Shown: piece after piece, positions 35,575-49,556 of the stretch
Layout: each line of letters begins with the position of its first letter
How positions within the stretch are numbered: the first letter of the stretch is position 1
Assembly (NCBI GenBank): GCA_965178125.1
Contig: OZ237755.1
Coordinates: forward strand, 930,001 to 994,000
From: Bilabrum cf. latius
Taxonomy: Eukaryota
Length of the DNA: 64,000 bases
Direction of reading: 5' to 3'
Notes under the pieces: model-generated
What the model was told of the DNA's origin: nothing
What the model saw: the letters and a program-made list of their open reading frames with translations, nothing else
The model's database searches: none
Made by a program: the position numbers and the translations under genes

Positions 35575-36626
35575 ATGGCCACCCGAAATTTAACCCCTGA
35601 ATATGTTAGAGCCCGAGCTGCAGCAACTTCTCGCGCTGGAGAGGCACCACCTGGTAGCCGCGACGGCGCCTATGACATGCGGCCTCTGGATCCATCATCA
35701 TCAGGCTACGGAACTCGTGAGACGCACTGCGCCAGCGAACGCGCATGGATCAATACCCGTTTTCAGTGCATCTTCCATAAATGCACCCTCTCTTATCTTG
35801 CAATCACCGAGCAGATGAGGACGATTCGGAAGCACGCGCAGCGGCCTTAACGAACGTATCACCTGCGTATGTTGACAGGGTTGATGAGATCAACCGCTCA
35901 GTTATTTCAATCAAGGATGGTATTCGTGAACTGAAGGAGTTGCATGAACGGCGCCTTACCGCTGTCAAAGACGAGGATGCGGAGGACCTGGAGCATCGTA
36001 TCGATCTCAGAACGCACCAGGTTACCCAGTCCTTCAGTTCTGCTGGCCGAGCCCTCAAGTCTATTGCTGCTGACCGATCACTGAAGGGGGATGAATAGCG
36101 CACTGCTGAGGAGAGCATTAGGCTGAACATTTAGCGTTCTCTGGCCGGCAAGCTGCACAAGCTCTCTGGCGAGTTTCGATCATCCCAGAAAAAGTATTTG
36201 ACCCGCGTCCAATCTTTGAAAAAATCTTCATCGCTGGATGCACTTACTGGGGGTAGAGCTGCTGCAGGTGGAGCTGCCAGCGCTGGTGATGTTGACGAGG
36301 GTTTCTCGCAAGGCATGATGCAAGAACTCGACGACGCTGAAGCGGCTGCGCAGGACCGAGACCAGGAGATCGCCAGTATTGCAAGAAGCATCACAGAGCT
36401 GGCTGAGGTTTTCAAGGAGTTGAATGTGTTGGTGGTTGACCAAGGTACTATTCTTGACAGGATTGACTACAACCTGGACCTGACCGTAGAGAGGGTCAAG
36501 GCGGGCGTCAAGGACATCGAGGTGGCGGAAGAGTACCAGAAGTCCGGCAGACCCATGTGGTGCATGGGTGTGCTCATGGTGCTTATTGTTATTATGATCA
36601 TCGTGATTGCGGTGAAGAAGTCGTGA
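35575..36626 (+). CDS. STX16: Syntaxin-16 (Qa-SNARE); intron 35717-35814
   Basis: N-peptide MATRNLT, NI[TAG]RSLA, SNARE motif LVVDQGTILDRIDYN and a C-terminal TM helix. Confidence 0.92.
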
Positions 36627-36941
36627 GGCTCGATGCAGGCTCGGCTTGCGGTGTCACGGAATGTGAGGCGTATCTGTCGCTGTGCAATGGTGGGTGTACT
36701 ACAGCAGTGCGTGCGGCCTCCCCTGGTCGGACGCATCGCACATTGTACTAAATAAACGATATTTCCAACGTAGCTGAACTTACAGCTGTCTAGTGGCATG
36801 CGAGCAAGCATACGCACACACCGCTGCATCAAAGGCCACGATTGCCCTGTATCCATTCGGAGCAATAAATGTGACAAGTGAAGGCAACAAAAAGACAACA
36901 ATCTTTAACAGTTGCGCACGGGATCTCGAGACTGCTAAAGC

Positions 36942-39900
36942 ATGTCTTTGGAGCTTTCTAGATACCTTAGACATGTTCCGTCCAGGTTGTATGTATCATT
37001 TCTCAGCGAGGCTGATCGGAAAGCCATGGCAGTCTGCACCGTAAGCCCGATGTGCTGTTGCGTGTCATGGAAGCTTGCATGGCGCTATAGAATCGATCTA
37101 GCCTTCGCATTGCAAATTACCATATGTATCGCAGATTGATTCCCTGAGAACGTTTGACGAGTCAAACTCCCCTGCTCGCGGAGGGCTGTACGACCCACGG
37201 ATGGGGCCTGTTCACTTCAGGGATTCGTGTCAAACCTGCGGACTGTCTGGAGACTCTTGCCCTGGCCACATGGGTCAAATTCGACTACCGGTTGCCGTTT
37301 ATCATCCGATGGTGTTCGACCAGGTGTTCTAGCTTATGCGAGCGAAGTGCTTCGCTTGCCACAGGTTTCGGCATTCAGCGCTAAAGTGAGGCAGTGCCCA
37401 GCTCCACGTGAATCGTTAGCATACCTTCAAAAGAAGTTTTTCATTAGATATTGTATTTTTGATTGGTTTCGCAGGTGCGAGCTCCTCCAAGCCGAATTGC
37501 TACTGTTAGATTGTGGCGAGGTTAGCCGAGCGCTGCAACTCGCTACGGAAGTTGCTGGGACCCTTCAGTAGGCACGAAGCCAGGCAGCATCTGCATCAAG
37601 CATGAGCGACTCTAAGTCTTCTGACGACGAGGCGCCGCAGCGAAGCTCGGGTGCTTCTCGCAGGGAGCAGATTAAGGAAATCGAGGCTGCGCAGGCACAC
37701 TTGCTGAAGTCAGTGCAGGCCCAATGCCGCCTGAAGTTGGACTAGGCACAGCGAATGTAGAGGCATAAATACTACAAGAGTGTTCCTGGGGCGCAATAGT
37801 TGGATTCTCTTGGGCATGATGATGGTCTGGGGGCTGTGAAGCGACAAGTGCAGCTGCCGTCCGCGTCATCCTCGCACGTGCGCGAGGCACGCAGGACACT
37901 CATCAAAAAATTCATCGCGTCTGCTCCCAATCAATGCGAGAATTGTAACGCTCCGAAGCGTATTCTGCGGAAAGAAGGGCTCGGGAAGCTGTTCTTACGG
38001 CCGTTGACGCAGAAGGGCAAGTCGCAGCTGTCGCAAACGGGCCGCGCGATGACTGCAGCATCGGAGGAGCAGCGGCGGAAGGCAGTGGGTCCTTCGATCG
38101 AGAGTAAAGAGGATGACTTGAACGCAAGTGACGCAGCCATGCGCGATGATGGAGGCAGTGACTCAGAGGACTCTGTAGGAGCAGAGGTCGGCATGGATGA
38201 AGCCGTCCTGGGCTCGTCTGGGGCCAGCAAGTCTGACCAATATCTCACGCCCGTAGAGACTAGGGCTCAACTGCAGCAACTATAGGATTAGCACGAGACG
38301 CTTCTGCGGCATATCCTGGCCCCTGTTCGATTCGATAGCCATCGCCGCCCTCCCCGGCCCGTCGAGACGTTGTTCATGCAGTCGCTCCTAGTGCCAGGCA
38401 ACCGCTTCCGTCCCACTACAATTGTGGGCGATGGTGTGGGCGAGCACCCCCTCAACGAACCGTATTCGCAGATCCTGCAAGTCAGCCAGCGGATCAGGGA
38501 GGTGGCTCGTGGCCCAAAGCAGGGTTTGGATGGGAGCGTAGCTGTGCAGCCAGGCGGGCAGCAGTGGGCAGTGTTGATCCGGCTCTGGCAGAGTCTCCAA
38601 GAGGCTGTTTGCACCGTGGTTGACTCCAGCAAGGCGAGCATGCATGCAAATAGGAACTTCAAGGGTCTGCGACAGACCTTGGAGAAGAAGGAGGGGCTCT
38701 TCCGCATGAACATGATGGGGAAGCGAGTCAACTTCGCTGCACGGTCGGTGATTGCGCCGGATCCGTACATTAGCCCGAGCCAAGTTGGCGTCCCTGTGCG
38801 TTTTGCCAAGGGCCTTAGCTTTGCTGAGCCCGTCAATTCCCACAACGTGCATCGTCTTATGCGGATGGTCGAGAACGGGCCAGCTGTCTGGCCTGGTGCC
38901 AACAAGATCGAGCTCTCCAACGGGGTGGTGCTGGACTTGGCAAGCCTGTCGGATGCGCAGCGCATAGGCCACGCAAAGCGCCTGATTGCCGCCAGTTCGG
39001 ATGCCGAGCACGGTGGTGCACCTCTAGCAGCTGATGGAGCTGGGAGTGGCTCACGGGCTCGAATGGTGGCCTACCCTAAGAGAGTTTGGAGGCATCTCGT
39101 GGACGGGGACATGGTCCTAATGAACAGGCAGCCGACACTCCACAAACCCTCTATTATGGCTCAAGAAGTTCGGGTGCTGCGAACATCATCCGGGGGCGGG
39201 GTCCCTCGCATGACTTCCAAGCCACGTGGTGCCATTGAGTCTGGGGGAGGCGGCGGAATAAGCGCTGGTCAGCAGACACTGCGGTTCCACTACGCCAATT
39301 GCAAGACTTTCAACGCCGATTTTGATGGTGATGAGATGAACATGCACTTTCCCCAAGACTACTTGGCCGGGGCTGAGGCCCGATTCATTGCATCCGCCCC
39401 AAGGCAGTTCGTGGTGCCGACTACCGGGCATCCCCTGCGAGGCTTAATCCAGGACCACATCTCTGTGGGAGTGTTGCTGACGCAGAGAGATCGATTTTTT
39501 GCGAAGGAGCTCTTCTGTCAGCTCGTCTTTCAAGGACTTTAGGGCATTCCGTCCCATGCCCTTCCGGCGGGCTCCCCTGATTTGATCCGCTTGCAGGGCA
39601 GCGCAGGCATGCCCCCCATCTCTTCAATCAAGCTGCCTCCTCCTGCGATCATGAAGCCTAGGCAGCTGTGGACAGGCAAGCAGATCGTCTCAGCAATTTT
39701 GGCAGCAATAACTGGGGGATTTGCAGCACCTGCAGATACGTTTTCGGCGGACTGCAAGGCTAAGGTGGGCGCTGCAATGTGGCTCGGCCGTGGACAGGAC
39801 GAGACCCGCCCAGTGCAGACTATCGGAGGCGTTGCTGACGACCTTGAGCTAGCCACTGTTTGCAGTTCAACAGACCGTGCCCTGCGCAAGCTCGAAGGCG

Positions 39901-42900
39901 TCAAGTTGAGCATGTCTGAAGCACAGCTGAACTACGGGTCTGATATGGGGACAAGGAAGACTCTGCTGGAGCACGAGGGTGACCACCACGTCGTTGTAAG
40001 GGAAAGCGAGTTCCTTGTCGGGGTCCTTGACAAAGCCACGCTGGGAAACTCTAGCTTTGGAATCATTCACTGCTTGTTCGAGTTGTACGGCCCCGATGTC
40101 GCAAACTCAGCAATAGCATCACTTGGTAGGCTTTTGACAGCTTATCTGTAGATTGCTGCTGTGTCGTGCGGCCTAGATGACCTGTGCTTGTCTCCGTTGG
40201 GAGACTCTGGCCGAACTGCGCTAGTAGCTCGCGCATATGCAGATGGTGCCGCCGCAGCTGCCGAGTTTGCCGGGCTGGGATTCGTGGAGCACCCGACCGA
40301 TGTCTCTTCCAGCGGTGTCGACCCTGCGCCAACCACAGTCAGCGTCCAGGGACACCAAGTTACTGGACAGACTAACGACCGAGTGTACGTGAATGCCTTT
40401 CGTGGCACCGTGCTAGGTGATCCTAGGCAGATGAGCCGCGCCAGGGAGCTTCTGCGAGGAAGGCTGAGAGGAGGTGAGGCTAGGTCGCTGGAGGGCCGCA
40501 TGCAGGTAGTCGGGCGGCTCGATAGTGCCGTTCGCGGGGCTGTAGATGGTGGACACAGCAAAATCATCTCCAGCTGCCTGCCAAACTCTTTAGCGCGACT
40601 CTTTCCACATAATTTCTTCAGCCTCATGACTGAGACAGGTGCCAAGGGCAGTCGTGTCAATCAGGCCATGATTGCTTGTGGGTTGGGACAACAGGTGCTA
40701 GAGGGTAGGCGAGTCCCCATGATGACTTCCGGCCGAGCATTACCATCGTTCCCTCCATTCGATGTGCACCCGAGAGCCGGGGGCTATGTCGCTGATAGGT
40801 TTCTTACTGGGCTGCGACCGCAAGAGTACTACTTCCACTGCATGAGTGGAAGGGAGGGATTGGTCGATACTGCTGTCAAGACAAGTCGCAGCGGGTATCT
40901 GCAGCGTTGCTTGGTGAAGCACCTTGAGGATTTGGTCGTAGCTCATGACGGTACTGTCCGAGACAGCGATGGCTCAGTTATGCAGTTTGTGTACGGTGAG
41001 GATGCCCAGGATGTCATGCACAGCGCATTCCTAGATGCCATCGTTGGTAGCGAGGGCATGCAAGGTGCTGAGCTCCTAGCGCGTAATGTCGGTGTTCTTG
41101 CACAGCGATTCGAGGTATCCAGCCAGCGGTTCGATCGCGCCAAGATTGACTCAAGCGTGGCATTCAGAGAGCAAGACCTGCTTCGGAGAGCACATGCAGC
41201 TGCTGGCGGTAGCCCTGCGACAGCTGATGCTGCGGCTGAAGTTGCGTCTGCTGAGCAGGCTGGCGAGCTTGCCACAATTCAGCTCAAATCCGGATCCAAT
41301 TCAAGCAGTGGAGACACTAGTTTGTAGGGTGCGCAGAAGGAGCTTGCCAAAGCCCTGTTCAAGACAGCTGTGAAAGTTTCCAAGGCCAAGGTAGCCGCAC
41401 TGTGCAAAAAAGCAGGCGTGGGGCAAGAGCAACTGCTGGGGCTGCCTGGCCCGGGAGATTCAGTGGAAGTGTGCTGTCCAGCTTTGAGCAATACGGCAGC
41501 TTCATCTGGAATGGCTGAGCTGACCAACAGCCTTCAGTCAGTTAAGAGTGCGCTGGAAGATTTCCATCACGCTTCAGGACAGACTCAGCAGCAAGCTGTT
41601 GATTCACTCATCGACTCGTTGCGGACTGCTATGCAGGCTTCGGGCAAAGTTGTGATGGATGCACAGCCTCACGTGTCTGCCGCGATATGTGCGAGCCACT
41701 TCTCTCCAAAGGATGCTGTCCAGAACAACGCTGGCGCGGTTGTGCATCCGAAGGAGGCAGTTTGGATTAAGGCGACTGTGACCGGTTAGGAGCCCAGATC
41801 AGCAAAGCAGGACATCCGCAGCGTTGACCGTGCAGTGTCCAAGCTTAAGGCACAGTCCCTCCTCTTACCAGTTGGGCCAACCGTACTAACGCTGGAAGCG
41901 CGCGCCTTCTTGGAGCCCCACTGCGAAGCCTTGGCAAACGGTCTCGCCAGCCAGGTTCTAGAGGCCTTCGAAACGCTGGGCAGTTATGGCACGGGCTTGT
42001 CCACACCGAGTACTGGCAGTGTAGTTGGTTATCACCTGAGTCAACGGGCTGGTATTACGCTCTCTGATGAAGAGAAGGTCGATATTGTCAGGCAAGAGCG
42101 GATGCTCCGCAAGTGGGCGAGTGGATGGATGCCACTGGGTGCAATTCCGGTCTTGGTGGCCCCCGTGGATGCTGCGGACAGATCCAGAAGCCGGGGAGAC
42201 ATTTGCCGGCTCATTCGTCGAGTTCTCCCAGATCCTCTTCTGTCTCGACCTTCGATGCAGCTTGGCGTCCACCTTGGTCTATCAAGCGACGCACTAGCCC
42301 TTGCTATTCAGTCGTATGTTGGCTCTGCCGCTTTCAAGCAGCAGGTGGACTCAAAGACACTGGCAGCTGGTGGCACTCTCGATGCACAGCTTGTCAAGCA
42401 AGCGCGCGGGAAGCTGCGGTTTGTGCTGGCTGCCAAGCATTAGCGAGCTCTCGTTGCACCCGGCGAAGCTGTCGGTGTTCTTGCTGCGCAAAGTGTTGGG
42501 GAACCCTCGACGCAGATGACTTTGAACACGTTTCACCTTGCCGGGGGTGGCGGAGTGAACGTGACCCTGGGCATACCCAGGCTCCGTGAAATCGTCATGA
42601 CGGCGTCCAGAAGTATCAAGACGCCCTCGATGATGATGCCTATCCGCAAGGCGAGTCAAGCAGACATCACAGACCTAAAAACGTACGCAGAGCGGCTTGC
42701 AAAGGCCCTCTCGCCTGTTTCGCTGGCAGACCTGCTCGACGTTGCTTCGCAAGATGGCGGCATCGTGGTGAGTGAACGCACGGTTCCTGCGGCCCAAATG
42801 TCAAGGCACCGTGACGAGCCTCCTCAGCGAGATTCTGAACCAAGCGAGCGCCACTCAACCGGTGTTGTTGGCAGCGACTACGAGAGGCATGTGTGGATCG

Positions 42901-44147
42901 ATGTTAATCTCGTGCCCACGCACCACATCGCTAGGAGTTTCAGCGGGTGGGATTCTCAGAGTATTGCGACGACAGCTGGTCAGCGCTTCCCACAGAGCAT
43001 ATTGCGGGTCGTGGAAGACGAGATTAGGCGGCTAGAGAAGGCCAGACGCGGCACAAAGCAAAGAAAGACGGTGGCAGAGCGAGCGGTTGAGGAGGAAGCC
43101 GCCGATGTTGGCGCCCGGCTGGAGGGTGTCGCGTTGCCTCCCAGCTCCTCCGAACCCGATAGGCAAGCCACGACCGGCAACCAGTCTGGAGAAGACGGGT
43201 CAGGCTCGGACTCTGATGGCGACAGTGAAGACGAGGCTTCTTCCGAATCTGAGAACGAAGCAAGCGATCCCGTGGATCAGGTGCAGCATCAGCAAGGTGC
43301 GAGCGAGACGAGTACTGCGCATGAGATCAATCGCGGCACGTCCGACAAGGTGCACCGCACCGGGCAGTAGTGGGTGGATTTCGGTGCAGGCGGGACCGTG
43401 GCCCGGAATGACTATTTCCTTGGAGGGTGCTGGACAGAACGAAAATCAGCTGGGTCCGAGTAGCATCTGGTGCTCCGGGTTGTGCTAAGGTTCAGAGCTT
43501 CAACGCGGCGACTGCTGCTGCTGCCCTTGGTGGAGCGTGCATTGCACGCAACCCTCCTGCAGCAAGTTCCAGGGGTGCAGCGTGCCGTTGCAGGCAAAGC
43601 CCGCCTCGGCAAGGGAGGGGAGGGCAAGGAGGAGGCAGTCACGACGACCGAGGGAGTGAACCTGCCTGCAGTATGGCGAGCATCGCTCGAGTCAGGAGCA
43701 AGCACAGCTTGCTCCCGCTCGGCAGGCTCGCTGGCTTGGATGGGACCACCCGCCACTGCATTCGTCGACGTCATGAGATTGCGAACGAACGATATCGGGC
43801 AGATCCTGCGCTGGTATGGAGTGGAAGCGTGCCGCAACAGCATCGTCAGAGAGGTTCGTGGGGTCTTTGGCGTGTATGGGATCAAGGTCAGTCCTCGGCA
43901 CCTTGGGCTAATCGCTGACTACATGACATTCATGGGGGGCTACAGGCCACTGAACAGGCTGGGCATGTCGGACACAGGCTCAACCATGCAGTAGATGTCG
44001 TTCGAGACTACATCTAAGTTCCTGCTGGCTGCCTGCAGCGATGGCCATGCCGACGAGATGATATCGCCATCCGCTGCGATCGTTGTGGGTGCACCTGCTC
44101 AGGTTGGTACTGGCACAGTGCACCTACGGGTACCCCTGCACGGGTGA
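36942..44147 (+). CDS. RPA1: RNA polymerase I largest subunit; introns 37041-37134 and 37386-37474; about 15 in-frame TAGs
   Basis: Motifs [93 protein letters not shown] at 44145-44147. Confidence 0.96.
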
Positions 44148-44198
44148 GCGGCTGAGCTCGTGTGCTTGCATTATAGTATCGCTGCCATCACACAATCA

Positions 44199-44888
44199 TT
44201 AGCAACCACATGTGCCACTTCCAGAAGAATCACCGCCCGTTGCACCCGAGTCACCACCGTATACATTTAACTTCCGCCTCCTCGAAGGGGCGGCCCCGCG
44301 CTCGACGCCCACGAGCTTGAAGCCTCCTTCTTCGCTGGTTGATGCTGAGGACTCTTTGTCGGCACAAAAGCGCCCAGCTGCTGCAATTGCCTAGAATAAA
44401 TTGCTAACGCCTACTCCTGAAGCAGCGGAAGTTTCTGAATAAATGCTAGCGCCAATGGAACGGGCAAAGGCAACGCCATCATCTCGCCGAACCTGCCACT
44501 TTGATTCTGGTAGGTCACACTTATTAGCTGCCACAGCAATGACTGCCCCTTTTGCTGCATACCTAGACACTAGATCCCTCCATCCAGACAAATCGTTGAA
44601 CGATGACCTTGATGAAACATCGAATGTTAGCACCGCGGCGGCAGCACCTCGGACGTACATTCCAGAGAGAGCGCGAAATCGCTCCTAGCCAGCAGTGTCC
44701 CAGATAGATGCCTATAATTCACAGCCTGGCACAATAATTGTGTGCTAATGGTACGCTACCCCTAATGATGGAGCCGTTGCACTTGAAAACTCATCTCGAG
44801 TTAAGCGCAATATCAAGGAGGTTTTACCCGTATTCATTGATCCCACTACGATCACTTTGCCTGCGATACACAAATCAATCCGGACCAT
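44199..44888 (-). CDS. Rab GTPase (Rab5/21/22-related, divergent)
   Basis: Motifs GSMNTGKT, WDTAG[TAG]ERF, NKCD, ETSA. C-terminal CGC prenylation motif is followed directly by TAA. Confidence 0.93.
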
Positions 44889-45212
44889 AGTTTGTTGTTA
44901 TGTATTCAAACTGTATCAATTCATTGGCATCTATTTCATCACTTGCAGGATGTGACTTCCGTCGCCCCACCTTCAAGCAGTATAGTCGATTCAGCGCCAT
45001 CACATGCACTGACAATGTCCGGGTTTAGAATACATTTTGTAAATTTTGCAGAGATGATCGATTCTGAGCTGGCAGCCGCCATACACCGTGAAGAGTGGAG
45101 AGGATTTGTAGCTTCATCTTCAGATCTTACTACTCAAATATGCACCTTATATTTCCAAATATCGTATTAATTACCGCGAGGGCAGACTTGTGGCATCAAC
45201 TCTTGTACTGAT

Positions 45213-46089
45213 ATGCTTCGTCGCGTAGTTCGTGCGTCGTCGTTTGTGCCTAGAGTACTAGCATCGAGGTAAGCCAAATTTGACTGTTGTTTGTGCCACC
45301 AGTGAGGCACAGCTGTCAGCATGGTGTGGCTCGTACCCAATACTTGCCGAGCCATCGCATTTTATCTACTCTTGCAGGTGCAACTCAACTGCCCCAGCTG
45401 TGTCGGTTGACTGGAAGATGATCAGGGCCGCAATGCCAAATGAGGATGCGGTGAATGCGGTGGATGATGCGCAGCGCAAATTTGCCGCTGCACTGGTGAG
45501 ACGTACTGCAGCAGTGATTCAATGATAGACTGAGTTTTCGTGAGCTTGTATGTACCAACCGTGTCAATATCACTATTAATTGCAGAGCGGGGCCCGTGCT
45601 GTCGGAGATGCAGCTTCGATTGACTGGGAAGCCTATGCAGAGAAGCTTCCCAGCGTTGACGTTGATGCAATCAAGGCAGAGTACGAGCGAGTACTGGGAT
45701 TGGTCCCTGAGATCAAGTACGATGAATCTGCTGATCTGACAGAGCACTAGCAGGAAGTGTCGGACTTCGAGGGAGTCGCTGCATATGCTCGTGGCCGTGC
45801 GGGGGAGTTGCGAGAGCATGAAGCCGAAGCTGAGGATCACAAGCTGCATGACCACTACACTGTTGCGCGTGCATTCCAGAGATTCGAAGGTACCTTCGAT
45901 GAGGAGTACCGCCGCTGGGCCCGCGCTGACTTCGAGCCCACTCTGGACCGCCTTTCTGAGCTCAACCGGAACATGACTGACGAGGAGGCCGTAGAGGCTG
46001 CGATCCGGATCGGCTAGGGTCTCGGCGCAGACGAGGGCGCCGTAAGCAAAGCCAAGGCAGCCGCTGAAGACTTTGTGGCGGAGCAGTGA
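45213..46089 (+). CDS. Mitochondrial ATP synthase subunit d-like; introns 45269-45378 and 45496-45585
   Basis: Presequence MLRRVVRASSF; VDWK and IDWEAY..VDAIKAEYE motifs. Two TAGs; TGA stop. Confidence 0.7.
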
Positions 46090-46310
46090 TTGAAGGAGCA
46101 GTAATTGGGAGGCCAGTGCACGCAGTCCGGTTGAGTCGCTCTTCACTTTGGGGGACCCTGCGCGTGAGCTGCCGGGGCCGAATCGGGTTCGGGCCTTCTA
46201 TTTGAGATCTGTTAGTATTAGCTGGATACGATTGCAGAAGCTTGCAAACTGCTCATCATGACACCAAAGACTGGCTGGCAACACAATGCCGAAGTCCGAA
46301 TCAACCCACA

Positions 46311-46556
46311 TCACCGGCCGTTGCCGCCGGAGGCCACTGAGCCTACCGCTGTATCGTCTTGTACATCTGATGCAAGGCTTCGAATCGCATCATCGCTGGA
46401 CTCTTTAGTGTCTGCAGCCGCTGCGCCTGCGGAACTTCCTACAGCTGCCTCAGCCCCCGTGTGAACCGCATCCCCGTGCTCGCCTCCCCCAGCGCCATCC
46501 AGCGGCCGCACGGACGGCTGTAGGACAGGCTACTACGGCTGCTGCACGTGGCGGTG

Positions 46557-46590
<34 letters not shown>

Positions 46591-47312
46591 AGCTGCTGCT
46601 GGTGCTGGTGAGCCATTCTGCGCTCCTTTGATCTCATCTTTGCTCGAACCACACGCAACGTTTCTCGCAGAGCCTTTCCAAGTGCGTCCATGGCCTGGTG
46701 CAATGCTGCAGCCTTCGTAAGGATTCTATCTGCCCCAAGCAAGTCGCCCAGCATGTGGTAGGCTTGCCCGAGCCGCAACATAGACTTGACGTTTCCAGGG
46801 TCACTCTCTAGCACGACAGCTGCGTATCGCACAGCCTTTTCCCAATCATCAAGTTTGAGATAGCAAGCCGAAAGATTCGCATGCAGCGACTACGTCAGTT
46901 GGCGAAGTTGTGCCTCTTCATCCCGACTCAGCCGGGCCACATTATAGCTGCGCGAAGCAGTCTTGGAGCCCGCTTTTCCACCAGCACATGCCTTTATATG
47001 CTATGAATATATTGACATTGCGCAAGTCCGACTGTAGAGACCCCTGGTGCTGAGAATAGCTTGTTTGTACAGTCGAATGGCTGCCCTGTGCTCGTTCTTA
47101 CGAAACAGATGATTTCCTCTTTCTTTGGCCTGGGTGCCTTCTTTCAAAAGGGCAGCTGGTGATGGATCCACAGCTCGGCTGCGTGGCATGTGCCACCCAG
47201 CTCGCTTAGTCAGGCCACCCGAGCCGGGCGGTGCCCCCGACGCTGCTGGTGGCGAAGCCTCAGCCGTTCGGCTCGCTGCTTTAAGCGAAGTTGCCTTGGA
47301 CGAACCACTCAT
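46311..47312 (-). CDS. TPR protein (TTC9/FKBP-type 3xTPR) with a poly-Gln tract
   Basis: Motifs KERGNHLFR, NLSACYLKL, DPGNVKSMLRLGQA. Tandem TAG TAG follows the poly-Q; TGA stop. Confidence 0.85.
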
Positions 47313-47498
47313 TATGCCCTAAATATCAACTTAAGCTCCAGTACACAAACTCAACAGCTTTTGCGCAATGATGAGGGCTGTCTGGTGGGCGAGCGAAGCG
47401 TCCATGATGATGACCAATTGCACGCAACAACAAACGGATTATTGGCGTCCGTTGGTAGGGATTTTGAGCTGAGCAGAGAGCGCCAACTGCCTGCTGAC

Positions 47499-49505
47499 AT
47501 GGCTTTGTCCGCTTCTCTTGGAGATCTTGATCTGCATCTGCGGAATCTGCAAGCACAACGATTGAGACTGGCATGCGTTGCGCAGACTGCAGCAAGCATG
47601 CCTGAATCCAACTTGAGTGCAGATACTAGAAGATAGCAAGCGCAAAAAATCAGCCTGAACTCTGATGTAGTCACAGATAGTGCCTGGACAAGCCACAATC
47701 GCATGGCAGCGACAGGCACTGGCATGCTATCTGCCACTAGATCTAGTATTCCTTCACGTGCCAAGACGATGCATCCAGATCTACATGGAGACTTGCAAGA
47801 CTCGCTCGGATCAGCTGTCGAAATATATACACACGAAAGTGTTGCTCAGCGAGCAGAGCAACTTGCAGGGAGGTCGGTCTCCCCGCGCGATCATGTGGCC
47901 GAACATGGCAGCGGCGGCCGGCTCGGCAGTCAAACTACTTCAACAAGCAGACGTGAGCCGTTGCAGCCAAGCAGTCGACCAGTAAAAATGGACTAGCTTT
48001 AGTCTGAGAGCCAGCTAGACGCTGATACTAATAGTGAAGCAGCTGGGAAGGCAGGCATGTCGTCAACACGGTGTGGTGTCACCGGTGCAGTGGGGTCTCC
48101 CAGCCATTCACTACAGAAATCGATACCAGTTAGACCTTCCCCTGGACGGTGGAGTAGTAGTGTGGAATTTCGGTCCGAACTTAGTCGCGCGGGGTCCCGT
48201 GGAGTGCGCCGGCGACAGCAGCGTCGTCTTGAGTTTGGTGCCAGCTAGGGGAAGAGGGCGCAGGGGTCTCCCAAGCGATGCGCGATGTCGCCTTCCAGGA
48301 TATAGCTGGGGCGAGCAGGAACGGCGGTTCCACCCTAGCTTCCATGGAGCCATACTGCACACGTTTTGTCAGCGGTGCGATGCTCGGTCTCAGCTGCAGC
48401 GGACAGAATCGTGGCAGCGATCCGGCAGCTGGATAGCGACGTTCGATCTAGAGATCAAACAGTCGAAGCGAGGGCTGTTCGGGCAGCTGTGCGAGCCGTG
48501 ACTACTTCGACCAGGCACAGAACTGGACATAATCGACGTGCCATGCTACGGTCTGGGGGCAAACTCATGCCAACACGGTCGAGAGCGAAGGGCAATCGTG
48601 GAAGGCTAGCAAGCAGACTGGACAAGAAAAACTGTAAGAAAGGAAAACGAAGGAGAGCTGCTATCGGCCGTCGGCGGGCTCCCAGCCGTACGTCAGTCCG
48701 TGCTCAGCAGCATGATCAGCACTGGTTGCCCACCGCTGGGCCCCCGTCTGCAGCTATTTCTGGTGAGTGCACTCTATAGATTCCGCGGTCGAATACCCAC
48801 GGAATTGAGGTGCGCGAGTTTGGATCTAGATTGAGCGGATTGGAAGCCCGCGATGCGGCTCAACGAGAAGAGAACCCGCGTCAAAATCATGCCTTAGTGG
48901 ATGAGCCCGAGCTGGTTGACGTGGTGCTCGAGGCCGGACAGGCGAGGCAGTGGGCGAGGCAGGCTCCTCTGTCACCCCCCTTACGGGCTGTGCGTGGTCG
49001 TCTGCACTCCTCAAGGCAAGCTGCTAGCTTGGCGGGCGCATCTGCTGACGCTGCTGCAGCAAGAGCTTCGGGTGAGTGCCAGACACGGAGGCAGCAGGTT
49101 GCGCAGCTCGATGCCTTGGTCGCAGAGCTGCGGCAGCATTCGGCGGATGTGAAGCGATAGTTGGGGACGGTCACAGCCTAGGCTAACGTCGAAAAGATCC
49201 GAGCTGATCAGGCGGTGCTTCGGGCAGCCAGCTCCGCCCGCGCACGAGCTGGCACCAAGGTAGATTCATCTAGCGACCGCAAGCCCAGCCAGCGAGATCC
49301 CCGTTTGGCGGCACCGCGGGCAGTTCGACTGGAGCTATCTGGGCTAGCAGGTGGCTCTAGTCGTGCGTTGCGGAAACGAAGTGGAAAGCACAGTCGGCGA
49401 ATAGCAAGCGGGCGACCGCCCCAGGCAGGCGGTGATACTCGTGATTTGTACCTCCACGGGATCATGCGACCCGTGCGTTTCCGGGCAGCCGGTCGTTTGC
49501 GCTGA
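47499..49505 (+). CDS. Hypothetical disordered/coiled-coil protein (start uncertain)
   Basis: More than 2 kb in one frame broken only by about nine TAGs, with no TAA/TGA until 49503. Coiled-coil QQVAQLDALVAELR near the C-terminus. Confidence 0.6.
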
Positions 49506-49556
49506 TCGAATCTGGAAGCCGTGCGGATTGCCTCACTGAAATATCCGGTGTCGAAT

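Noticed and set aside
44685-44687. TAG as pyrrolysine, Trp via A-to-I editing, Leu or Glu
   Set aside because: Conserved columns and poly-Q context point to Gln.
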